Both the position numbers and the translations under genes were made by a program. A DNA stretch of 64,000 bases from an uncultured Gemmatimonadales bacterium. GTDB taxonomy: Bacteria > Gemmatimonadota > Gemmatimonadetes > Longimicrobiales > Gaopeijiaceae. The DNA lies in contig CAWELD010000003.1 in assembly GCA_963809895.1 (NCBI GenBank), positions 928,001 through 992,000 of the forward strand, read 5' to 3'. How positions within the stretch are numbered: position 1 is the stretch's first letter; each line of letters opens with the position of its first letter. This document shows positions 8,774 through 17,859 of this stretch, piece after piece. The notes beneath the pieces are model-generated. The model was not told the origin of the DNA. It searched no databases and saw only the letters and a program-made list of their open reading frames with translations.

Positions 8774-9874
8774 ATGAAGACACTCCACCGCGTGATCGGG
8801 GACCTCAGTGTTCTCGCCGTGTTCCCGGGCGTACTCTCTGCACAGAATCGGCCGCCGAGCCTCGCATGGGAGATTGGTGCGATCTCGGGTTCACGCTATG
8901 AGACCTGGGGACGAATCAGCTCAGCGGCTGTAGATGAGAAATGGATAGTAGCCTACGATGTCAATGTCTCGGAAGTCCGCGTCTTTGACGCGGGCGGACA
9001 CTACCTCCGGTCCTTCGGGAGGCCCGGAAATGGACCCGGTGACTTTGCTGGCCCAGTTGGGATGGAGGAGATCCGTGGGGACACGCTCGTCACGCTCCAG
9101 CCACTGGACCGCCTGACCAGTCGCTTCCTTCTCACCAGTGGCGAGCATCTTGTGACGAGGCGAATGGACACCCATGACCTGCGGTCGGTCCGGGATTCCC
9201 GAACCGTCGGAGGGACGCGTTTCTATCTGACCAACCCCTTTGGAGGCATCCCATTCGCGGCGCGCCTCTATCGACTGGGGCCAAGTCAGGAACGGCCGGA
9301 TACCCTCCTTCAGATGCGCAACCTCCAACTCACCTTTCGCCCAAAGAATCGACCGGGTCTGAAGATAGTGCTCCCGCCAGCGAAGACCGGGCCGGAAGCA
9401 GTGGCTCGGTTCCTAGGTGATTCCTCGATACTCATCCTAGACGGAATCAAGGGTACGTTGAGCACCGCACGCCTGGGGGAGTCGCGACTGGACACTGTGG
9501 CTCAGGTGGATCTTCCCGAGAAGGGGGGCCCGACGACGCCCGAGCAGGAGCGTCGGCTGCGGGAATATTCCGAGCAGTTCAAGGAGGTCTTCCAGTGGGA
9601 CGAGTTGTACGTTCCTGACATGACCTCCGCCTGGGCCGCCATGATCTTGGACGGCGAGTCCGCCGTATGGATCAAGCGGAATGGGCTGCTCGCTGATGTG
9701 CCAGAGACCTGGATGCGAATGCGCTTCGACCACCCTGGTGTGTTCCAGCGCCTTACTTTCCCGCCTCGTGTAGCAGTCAAGGGTGTGCACGGCAATCGCG
9801 TGGTCGCGGTCCGCAAGGGTGAGTACGACGAAGAGTACCTTCAGCTCTATCAGGTGGAGCCCTGGGGCCGGTGA
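8774..9874 (+). CDS. Exported 6-bladed beta-propeller protein (paralog B)
   Basis: GAGG RBS, ATG 8774, signal ending LSA-Q, YLRSFGRPGNGPGDF; alignable over its full length to paralog A. Confidence 0.85.
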   Translation: MKTLHRVIGDLSVLAVFPGVLSAQNRPPSLAWEIGAISGSRYETWGRISSAAVDEKWIVAYDVNVSEVRVFDAGGHYLRSFGRPGNGPGDFAGPVGMEEIRGDTLVTLQPLDRLTSRFLLTSGEHLVTRRMDTHDLRSVRDSRTVGGTRFYLTNPFGGIPFAARLYRLGPSQERPDTLLQMRNLQLTFRPKNRPGLKIVLPPAKTGPEAVARFLGDSSILILDGIKGTLSTARLGESRLDTVAQVDLPEKGGPTTPEQERRLREYSEQFKEVFQWDELYVPDMTSAWAAMILDGESAVWIKRNGLLADVPETWMRMRFDHPGVFQRLTFPPRVAVKGVHGNRVVAVRKGEYDEEYLQLYQVEPWGR

Positions 9875-10246
9875 AGCTCCTCACCGTCATGGCCCTCATC
9901 CAGGGATTGGCGAGCGCACCCGCCGCTGTCCATTCGACAACCTCAGTCGCAGATGCCGTGGCTCGAGTCATCGGCGATTTTCATCGAGTCGAGCTAGAGC
10001 AATTTGCGGCGACGGTTCCCGGCGATAGCCTGGAGTCTTGGAGGACGCGCCTCGGCTCGGATGGGCCTCCGCATGACGCGGACTCGGCGACCCTGCGCTG
10101 GGTACTCGACGCTGCCCTTGCTCGTGCCGAATGTGAGGTTGGGCTAGGAGCCGCGAAGTGTGATGCCGCCCGAATTCTCGAGGCCACCGGTCTTGAGATG
10201 AAGTCTCCGGAGTTGCGGGCCATCGCGGCTGCCATGCTGGACGCGT
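9842..10246 (+). repeat. Direct repeat copy 2 (405 bp)
   Basis: Matches 8070-8474. Confidence 0.95.
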
Positions 10247-11055
10247 TGGATCACTCACCAACCGCCGATTCCAATGGCTCGGCCGGTACTCTTGCAGACG
10301 GCATCGCCGCGATATCGAAAGCGGCATCTCGAATGTCAACCCTGTTTCCCCGCCCCGTCTCCGGGGTGGATGTCCAGCTGGGTGCCGGTCTGGGCGCCCC
10401 GGCCAGATATTTTCCGACATGGGCCGGTGGCCCTGAGTTGCTCGTCGACACCCTCCTGCTTCGTGAGACCGTCCCCGGGACGCTCGATCTGATCCTCGCC
10501 CATGAGGTCTACCCCGGGCATCACCTCCAGGCCGAGCACAACGGCGGCGCACGGCTCGCGGTCTTCGGCGGCTTGCCCTGGACGGCCTTCGTCGAGGGCT
10601 GGGGCGTCTACTCGGAAGGATATGCGGCAGCCGTGTTCCCCCAGGATGCTGCGGTCGCGAGGCATGCGTGTCTCGCACATCTTGGTACGCTGGCGCAGAA
10701 CGTCCTGGACACCGATGAGGACGATCGGACCGACGAACTGAACGCCACGCAGCTCAAGGCAGCCACCTACCTGATGGGCTATTTGGAGATCCTCACGCTT
10801 CGCGCAAGCGCACGCGAGGCTGGGCTCTCCGACGGTGAGTTTCACCGCAGACTGCTGGCTTCCTTCCCCGGTCCTTGGGACTGGGTGGAGTACGCCGTCC
10901 TTGGCGCCGAGCGAAGGGCCCGCGAACCGATCGACTGGCCCTCGCAGATTGCCGTCCTGGAGAACGACTTCTGTGGCACGGCGATCGACGCTGAGCGCAC
11001 CAGTGGTCAGGGCCAACCACTTTCCGCATCCGACACCTCACTCGTCCCAGCCTGA
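9871..11055 (+). CDS. Secreted DUF885-like zinc metallopeptidase (compact form)
   Basis: GTG overlaps the upstream stop; signal peptide; AHEVYPGHHLQ, AFVEGWGVYSE, ATYLMGYLEILTLR, FHRRLL match the DUF885 motif series. Confidence 0.8.
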   Translation: MKLLTVMALIQGLASAPAAVHSTTSVADAVARVIGDFHRVELEQFAATVPGDSLESWRTRLGSDGPPHDADSATLRWVLDAALARAECEVGLGAAKCDAARILEATGLEMKSPELRAIAAAMLDALDHSPTADSNGSAGTLADGIAAISKAASRMSTLFPRPVSGVDVQLGAGLGAPARYFPTWAGGPELLVDTLLLRETVPGTLDLILAHEVYPGHHLQAEHNGGARLAVFGGLPWTAFVEGWGVYSEGYAAAVFPQDAAVARHACLAHLGTLAQNVLDTDEDDRTDELNATQLKAATYLMGYLEILTLRASAREAGLSDGEFHRRLLASFPGPWDWVEYAVLGAERRAREPIDWPSQIAVLENDFCGTAIDAERTSGQGQPLSASDTSLVPA

Positions 11056-11061
11056 CTGAGA

Positions 11062-12294
11062 ATGTCGAGCGGCCCCCCACGTCCCCCGTTCCGGCAACTG
11101 CCAATAGGGTCGGCTCGGAGAATCGGTCTTCTCCACCACAGAGTGGTGGGGGCCGGTCGAGCGATCATACCCAGACGGCGCGCGCCCGCCATTCGTATTC
11201 TCCTCCTCTTACCGCTGTCGGCGTGCGAGGCCCCGGCCCGACCGGCGGCTTCGCCTTGGGCGTTGGTCCCGGGCGACGGGGATCTGGAGCGTCCCCTCGT
11301 GGAGCAGCCGAGATACACGCTCCGCGAGGTCGCGACGATCGGGACATTCGACGGTCCGGGTGCCTTCGGTCGTGTCGTGGACCTCGCCTTCTCGGACGAC
11401 TCGGTGCTGGCCGTAGTGGATGCCTACGGGTGCGCGATCAAGCTCCTTGCCCCGTCGGACTACCGAACCGTCGCGGAATTCGGCGCATGCGGCCCCGGTC
11501 CCGGCGAGTTCCGTGACATACACGGAATCGCGTTCGAGGGCGACTCGCTCTGGATCTTCGACGCAGGCCGCAGACGGCTCCTCGTGGTTCTGCGTGACGG
11601 GACCGAGGTGGCTGCCCGGACCCCGGGCTTCCTCGCCGAGGCACCGGGACTCGCCTCGCTGAGCCGCAGCGACGGGAAGCTGGTCTTCTCCCCTATGTGG
11701 GTAGGGCCCTCGGAGCGCCGGCTCCTCGCTGTCGAAGACGGTCCGCGTGAAGTCCGGGGCATCGAAGACTCCCAACGCTCGCTTCGCAACCGAGACCGCT
11801 CGCTGGCCCGGTTTGCGCCATCCTGCGCGTTCCGATCAGGTCGGTCGATCCTCGTGGCGAACGCCTGGCAGATCGAGGCTCTCGTCGTGGACGAGGGGCT
11901 GGAGCCGATTGCCGTGACGCGCGCCCGCCGCGACTGGTACACACCGCGACCTGGCGCCACCGAAGGCGAGTTCACGCCGGCTTCGTTTCCCGTGCTCACA
12001 TGCGGTGACTCCGTGGGCGTCGTCAGGTATCGCACCAACGACTTGTCCGCCGGACGTGCCCACCCGAGGGTCGCGCACGCGCTACTGCTCGTTGTCGACA
12101 AGGAAGGGACCACCAGCATCCTGGAGGAGGTCGCCGACACCGCTTGGCCGAGCGTGACCGCGATGGCCCCCGGCGCCGGGATCGGAAATCTCTTCGCGTT
12201 CTACTCGAACGGCTTCGGACCCTATCCCATCATCCGCTTGCTCGAGCTCGAGCCGCTGGAGCGAGAGGGCCCATCGGGGGGAGCCCAGCCATGA
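11062..12294 (+). CDS. 6-bladed beta-propeller lipoprotein (divergent, C); true start may be GTG near 11143
   Basis: RRR-hydrophobic stretch-LSAC lipobox; IGTFDGPGAFGRVVDL and FGACGPGPGEFRDIHGI..GDSLWIFD. Confidence 0.75.
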   Translation: MSSGPPRPPFRQLPIGSARRIGLLHHRVVGAGRAIIPRRRAPAIRILLLLPLSACEAPARPAASPWALVPGDGDLERPLVEQPRYTLREVATIGTFDGPGAFGRVVDLAFSDDSVLAVVDAYGCAIKLLAPSDYRTVAEFGACGPGPGEFRDIHGIAFEGDSLWIFDAGRRRLLVVLRDGTEVAARTPGFLAEAPGLASLSRSDGKLVFSPMWVGPSERRLLAVEDGPREVRGIEDSQRSLRNRDRSLARFAPSCAFRSGRSILVANAWQIEALVVDEGLEPIAVTRARRDWYTPRPGATEGEFTPASFPVLTCGDSVGVVRYRTNDLSAGRAHPRVAHALLLVVDKEGTTSILEEVADTAWPSVTAMAPGAGIGNLFAFYSNGFGPYPIIRLLELEPLEREGPSGGAQP

Positions 12295-13400
12295 TGCGCA
12301 ATCGAAATCGCCTGATCCCGGTCCTGCTGCCTCTCGCGTTTCTTCTTTCCGCCACCCTGGGCGCACAGACTCCGGCGCCCGAGTTCCTGTGGGAGGTGGG
12401 GGCGGTCACCGGCGGACCTCACGAGACGTGGGGCCAAGTCTTTTCGGCAGCCGTGAGCGACTCGTTTGTGGTGGCCTACGACATCAACGTGTCGGCTGTG
12501 AGCATGTTCGACACGGAGGGGCACTACGTCCGGTCGGTGGGAAGGCCGGGCCAGGGACCAGGAGACCTGGGCGGACCCGTCGAGATCTACGACATCCGAG
12601 GCGATACCCTGGTCACGCTGCAATCCCTCGACGGAATGAAGAGCCGGTTCCTCCTCAGCACTGGAAGGCACCTGGTAACCCGGAGGATGGACACGGATGA
12701 TCTCCGATCGGTCCGGGACAGCCGCGCGATCGGAGGTAGCCGCTACCACCTGACCAATCCCTACGGTGGCATCGGTGGCCTCGCCGCGCGGCTCTTTCGA
12801 AGCACCGACGGCGACGCCCAGCCGGACACGCTGTTGGAGCTGAGCGACCTGTTCCTGACCTACCGGTCGAAGCGCGAGGGGAACATCGAAATGACGCTGT
12901 CCACCGCTCAAACGGGCCCCGAAGGAGTGGCCCGTTTCCTGGGTGATTCCTCGCTCCTCATTCTGAACGGAATCCAAGGCACGCTGACGACGACCCGCCT
13001 GACGGAATCGGGGCTAGACACGTTGGCTCGGGTGGAGCTTCCCGAGAAGGGAGGGCCGACCACCGAGAAAGACGAGCGCCGCCTTCGCGACTATGTCGAG
13101 CAGTGGCACCAATACATGCATTGGGACGAGCTCTACGTGCCCGAGATGACCTCGGCCTGGGTTGCCATGATCCTGGACGGCGAGTCCGCCGTGTGGATCA
13201 AGCGGAACGTGCTCCTCGACGACGTCCCCGAGACCTGGATCCGCATGCGCTTCGATCACCCCGGCGTGTTCCAGGAGTTCACTTTTCCGGCGCGGGTGAC
13301 GGTGAAGGGTGTCCACGGCGACCGCGTGGTGGCGGTTCGTAAGGGCGAGTACGACGAGGAGTACCTGCAGCTCTACCGCGTGCAGCCCTGGGGCGAGTGA
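12291..13400 (+). CDS. Exported 6-bladed beta-propeller protein (paralog D)
   Basis: ATGA overlap with the upstream stop; signal ending LGA-Q; YVRSVGRPGQGPGDL; alignable to A and B. Confidence 0.85.
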   Translation: MMRNRNRLIPVLLPLAFLLSATLGAQTPAPEFLWEVGAVTGGPHETWGQVFSAAVSDSFVVAYDINVSAVSMFDTEGHYVRSVGRPGQGPGDLGGPVEIYDIRGDTLVTLQSLDGMKSRFLLSTGRHLVTRRMDTDDLRSVRDSRAIGGSRYHLTNPYGGIGGLAARLFRSTDGDAQPDTLLELSDLFLTYRSKREGNIEMTLSTAQTGPEGVARFLGDSSLLILNGIQGTLTTTRLTESGLDTLARVELPEKGGPTTEKDERRLRDYVEQWHQYMHWDELYVPEMTSAWVAMILDGESAVWIKRNVLLDDVPETWIRMRFDHPGVFQEFTFPARVTVKGVHGDRVVAVRKGEYDEEYLQLYRVQPWGE

Positions 13401-13440
13401 CGGGATCCTGAGAGACTTGACGCCACGCTCGCGACGCCCG

Positions 13441-13464
13441 ACATATGAACAACTGCTCATATGT
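13441..13464. promoter_or_regulatory. ArsR/SmtB (CzrA/SmtB-type) operator
   Basis: ACATATGA-ACAACTGC-TCATATGT inverted repeat just upstream of the ArsR gene; TTGACG (-35-like) at 13417-13422. Confidence 0.8.
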
Positions 13465-13471
13465 TCACGGG

Positions 13472-13846
13472 ATGGCCGAGACCATGACCCAGTTCGACAC
13501 CGAAGCCCTCTGCGATCTGCACCTCGTCCACGAAGATGCGGTGCTCGCCGCGGTGGAGGACCGCGCCGACGACGAGGAGGTCACGTATCTCGCGGACCTC
13601 TTCCAGATGCTGGCCAGCCCCACGCGGCTGCGCATGGTGGAGGCGTTGGCCGGGCGAGAGCTGTGTGTCTGCGACCTGTCGGCAGTCGTGGGGGTCAGCG
13701 AATCCGCCGTGAGCCATCACCTCCGCCAGCTCCGCCAGATGCACGTGGTGCGCTACCGGAAGGAGGGCCGCATGGCCTATTACCGGCTGGACGACGCGCA
13801 TATCCAGGCACTCTTCCAGACGGGGCTCGAGCATGTCCGGGAATAG
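13472..13846 (+). CDS. ArsR/SmtB family metal-sensing repressor (CadC/ZiaR-like)
   Basis: [41 protein letters not shown]...EHVRE (alpha-5 metal site). Confidence 0.93.
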   Translation: MAETMTQFDTEALCDLHLVHEDAVLAAVEDRADDEEVTYLADLFQMLASPTRLRMVEALAGRELCVCDLSAVVGVSESAVSHHLRQLRQMHVVRYRKEGRMAYYRLDDAHIQALFQTGLEHVRE

Positions 13847-16000
13847 CGCCACGGCTCCATCCCGGGACGTGGTATTCCGGGTTCCCACCATGGACTGCGC
13901 CGACTGCGCGCGGCGGCTGAGGACCGGCCTGGAAGCGGTGGAGGGGGTGTGCGAGGTGGCGGGCCAGCCGGTCCAGCGGCGGCTGCGGGTGCGGTACGAT
14001 CCCGAGCGCGTGGATACCGACCGGCTCCGGGACGCGGTGGGTCGCCTGGGATACGCGGCTCGGGAAGAGGGAACAGGGGACGACGGCGAGGCCCCCGGGA
14101 TCTGGTCGGGGCCCGAGGCCCAGCGGACGTGGATCGCCGGGGCCTTCTTCGCCCTGGCGCTGCTCCTACAGACGCTCTCCATCGGCCCCACCGTTGCGGC
14201 GCTGCCCTTGGGAGAGCTCCGCCTGGCGGGCGTCGCCTTCCTTGTCGCCGCCCTGGTGGGCGGCTGGAATTTCTTCCCCAAGGGCGTGCGCTCGGCGCGA
14301 AACCTCTCGCTGGACATGAACTTCCTGATGACCATCGCCATCCTGGGGGCGGTGGGCATCGGCAAGTATCTGGAGGCGGGCGCCATCGCCTTCCTCTTCT
14401 CGCTGGCCGAGCTCCTGGAGCACTACTCGGTGGAGCGGGCCCGGCGCTCCATCGAGTCCCTGGTGGACCTGTCGCCCCAGACGGCCACCGTCCTCGTGGA
14501 TGGCCAGGAAGTGAGCCGCTACGTCGAGAACGTGTCTCCGGGCGAGCTGGTGGTGGTACGTCCGGGCGAGCGCATCCCGGTGGACGGTCGCGTCGAGGAC
14601 GGCGCCTCGGCCGTGGACCAGTCCGCGGTCACCGGGGAGTCCATGCCCGTGGAGAAGACCGTGGGCGACGAGGTGTTCGCCGGCACGGTGAACGCCGAGG
14701 GCCACCTGAAGGTGCGGGTGGAGAAGGCCGCTCAGGACACGACGCTGGCCCGCATGATCCACCTCGTGGAGGAAGCCGAGGGGCGCCAGACCCGGAGCGA
14801 GCGCTTCGTCGAGCGCTTCGCCCGCTGGTACACGCCGGCGGTCACCGTGGGGGCCGTCCTGGTCGCCGCGGCGCCTCCGCTCGTGGCCGGCGCGGACTTC
14901 GGACTCTGGTTCGTGCGGGGACTCACGCTGCTGGTCATCGCCTGTCCCTGCGCCCTGGTCATCTCCACGCCCGTGGCCGTCGTCAGCGGCGTCACGGCCG
15001 CCGCCCGCAACGGCGTGCTCATCAAGGGGGGGATCCACCTGGAGACCATGGGCGAGGTGCGGGTGGTGGCCTTCGACAAGACGGGGACCCTGACCCGCGG
15101 GCATCCGGACGTGGTCGACGTGGTGCCGGCCCCCGACGCCGGTGTCACGCCCGAGGAATTGCTGGCGCTGGCCGCGGCGGTGGAACGCTACTCCGAGCAT
15201 CCGCTGGCCCGGGCCATCGTGCGCGCGGCGGAAGAGGGATCGCAGACGCGGCATCCCCCCTCCTCGGAAGGCTTCGAATCCCTCCGCGGACAGGGGGTTC
15301 AAGCCCATGTCGACGGAGGCGTCATGCAGGTCGGCAAGCTGGCGCTCTTCGGACAGGCCGGGGGACTGGACCGGCGCGTGCACGAGCTCCAGGGGGAAGG
15401 GAAGACCGTGGTCGCCGTGGGACCACCGGACCGCCCTCTGGGACTGCTGGCGCTGGCGGATCGTCCCCGCGAAGGGGCGGCGAAGCGCTGGCGGCCCTTC
15501 GCCGCGCCGGCGTCAGGCACCTCGTCATGCTCACGGGAGACAACGAGGAGACCGCCCGGGCCATCGGCCGGCAACTCGGCATCGACGACGTGAGGGCCGG
15601 CCTGATGCCCGAGGCGAAGGTGCGGATGGTGGAAGCGCTGGAGCGCGAGCTCGGCCCCGTGGCCATGGTCGGCGACGGCGTCAACGACGGCCCGGCCCTG
15701 GCCACGGCCTCGGTGGGCATCGCCATGGGCGCCGCCGCCAGCGACACGGCGCTGGAGACCGCCGACGTGGCCCTCATGGGCGATGACCTCGGCAAGCTGG
15801 CCTACCTGTACCGCCTATCCCATCAGGGCCGACGCGTGATCCGTCAGAACATCGCCGCCTCCATCGCCCTCAAGGGTGCGCTGGCGCTGGGCGTGCCGCT
15901 GGGCTGGGTGAGCCTCATCGTGGCGGTGGTGGTCGGGGACATGGGCGCCTCGCTGGGGGTGACCTCGAACTCGCTGCGGCTGGCACGGCTGAGGCCCTGA
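13833..16000 (+). CDS. Heavy-metal P1B-type ATPase (CadA/ZntA-like) with an apparent -1 frameshift near 15482
   Basis: MDCADC, TGES, CPC, DKTGTLT, SEHPLA in the first frame; MLTGD and [11 protein letters not shown] continue in the frame ending at 16000. Confidence 0.93.
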
Positions 16001-16037
16001 CCGTGCGGAATGGGCCCGTCGCTGGCCTCACCGCCTC

Positions 16038-17345
16038 TCAGTTCCCCACGTTCCAGGCATTGAATCCCCCGATCACCTTGACGCCGTCCTTTCGCGTGCC
16101 CGCGGACATGGTCCAGCCCTCCAGGTTGAACTGGCCCTGAAAGCGCCCTTCCACGGTGGCGATCTTGACCGATCCCGACTCCGTGACGAACACGAGATCG
16201 GGCCCGATGAGCGCAGCCACAAAGGGGTGCTCCACACCGGCGGGAGGTCCGGACTCCTGAAGCGTCCTGGACAGGCGCAGCACGTCGTAGCTGCCCACGT
16301 CGGGCAGGCCTTCGGGACTGAAGAGCACCAGGCAGTAGAAGGGATCAGCGTCCACCTTGCCCAGGACCATGACGAGCTCACCGTCGTCCTCGACCCGGTA
16401 CGCCGCCTGACCGATGCGCTGCTCCTCGTCGAAGGTGACGACGGAGGCCGAGTTGCTGCCGGCCGCGGTGAGCAGGGTGGGATCGCACGCGAACGCGAAG
16501 TCTTCCGACATGGCGAGGGCTTCGGCGTCTTCTGGAGCGAGCTCCGCGGCAGGCGGCGGCACGTCGTCAGTGGTGGCCACGGCATCCATCACGGTCCCCG
16601 GGACCAGCTCCAGAACCAGCACGTTGGTGCGTTGCCGGACGTCCGGCAGCGGCGAGTCGTCCATGGGAGAGCGATAGGAGAGGTTCAGGCGGAGCTCCAT
16701 CACCGTGCGACCGGCATCTCCGCGGCAGCACCGGAAGTGATACTCGTCCCAGCCCGGGTCGGCGACGGGCAGGTCGAACTCGCGGACCTCCAGGCTCGCC
16801 ACCCGGAGCCCCAGGCGCCCCGCCGCTGGAGGCTCCTGAAAGGCCTCGGACGACTGAGGGAGCCCGATGTCCAGGGCGTCCACGAGGCTGGACCAGGCCT
16901 CCTCCTCATTCCATCCGGGGATGTCGTAGTCGTCCCATTCTCCCGGCGTATCCGCGTCGGGCCAGCCGTGTGAGGCTCGGACAGCGGCTGTGAAGGGGAA
17001 GGTGGCAAGTGATTGGTCGCCCCCGTAGCGTACGCCCAGGCTGCTGGACTGGACCATGTACCCGGGCTGGGCCCCGTCCACCTCGCCCGCCCATCCCAGG
17101 AAGTCCACCTGAAGGACCTGATCCAGTGGCATGCCGAGCTCGATGCCAAGCTCGTCACGGAGTGTCCGGACGAGCTGCGCCGAACTCGTCACGCCCTCGA
17201 ATGCGTCATCGGGGAGGACGAACCGGGCCACCATGGCCGGCTCGACCGGCTGATCGGCGACCTGACGGCCCCGAAGCGGTGCGGGCAGTCCGGCCAAGGC
17301 AATGGCTGCAGTCCCGACGACGGAGCGAATCGTGGATCCCTGCAT
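16038..17345 (-). CDS. Hypothetical secreted acidic protein
   Basis: 435-aa ORF, GGAGG RBS, signal-like N-terminus; no family recognised. Confidence 0.7.
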   Translation of the reverse strand: MQGSTIRSVVGTAAIALAGLPAPLRGRQVADQPVEPAMVARFVLPDDAFEGVTSSAQLVRTLRDELGIELGMPLDQVLQVDFLGWAGEVDGAQPGYMVQSSSLGVRYGGDQSLATFPFTAAVRASHGWPDADTPGEWDDYDIPGWNEEEAWSSLVDALDIGLPQSSEAFQEPPAAGRLGLRVASLEVREFDLPVADPGWDEYHFRCCRGDAGRTVMELRLNLSYRSPMDDSPLPDVRQRTNVLVLELVPGTVMDAVATTDDVPPPAAELAPEDAEALAMSEDFAFACDPTLLTAAGSNSASVVTFDEEQRIGQAAYRVEDDGELVMVLGKVDADPFYCLVLFSPEGLPDVGSYDVLRLSRTLQESGPPAGVEHPFVAALIGPDLVFVTESGSVKIATVEGRFQGQFNLEGWTMSAGTRKDGVKVIGGFNAWNVGN

Positions 17346-17529
17346 GGTGCGCCTCCCCTCGGTTAACGGAAGCGGTCACCCTCGCCCGGCGGCGAGGTCG
17401 GACCACACTCCGAAACGTAAAAGCGCGCGGGGACCCGCCACTTGTCGCTCGCATGCTTGCGCCAGGCTTCCCCACAATGTAAAGATGCAAGTCCACAAAG
17501 TTATGTTGCAGGTCGACGGAGGATCGATC

Positions 17530-17859
17530 GTGGGGGAGCCCACCTTTCTCGGGGAATTCGAGCACCTGGTGATGGCGGCCGCGCTGCGCCTCGAACGCGC
17601 CTACGGGGCGCAGCTCATGCGAGAGATCGAGGACGTCACCGGCCGCACGGTGCAGGGGGGCTCACTCTACGTCACGCTGGATCGGCTCGAGGCCAAGGGA
17701 TACCTGTCCAGCCAGGCGGGCGCGTCGGACCCGGAGCGCGGCGGGCGGCCACGACGCTTCATCACCGTCACGCCCGAGGGAGCCCGGGCCCTGGCCGAGC
17801 ACCGCCAGGCGCTCCTGAAGATCTGGAGCGGCCTCGAGGAGCGTCTGGAGAACGCATGA
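17530..17859 (+). CDS. PadR family transcriptional regulator
   Basis: GGAGGA then GTG; LGEFEHLVM, AYGAQL, GSLYVTLDRLEAKGY, RGGRPRRF. Confidence 0.92.
   Translation: MGEPTFLGEFEHLVMAAALRLERAYGAQLMREIEDVTGRTVQGGSLYVTLDRLEAKGYLSSQAGASDPERGGRPRRFITVTPEGARALAEHRQALLKIWSGLEERLENA

Noticed and set aside
8070..10246. Diversity-generating retroelement TR/VR pair
   Set aside because: No reverse transcriptase, and the substitutions are not confined to adenines.
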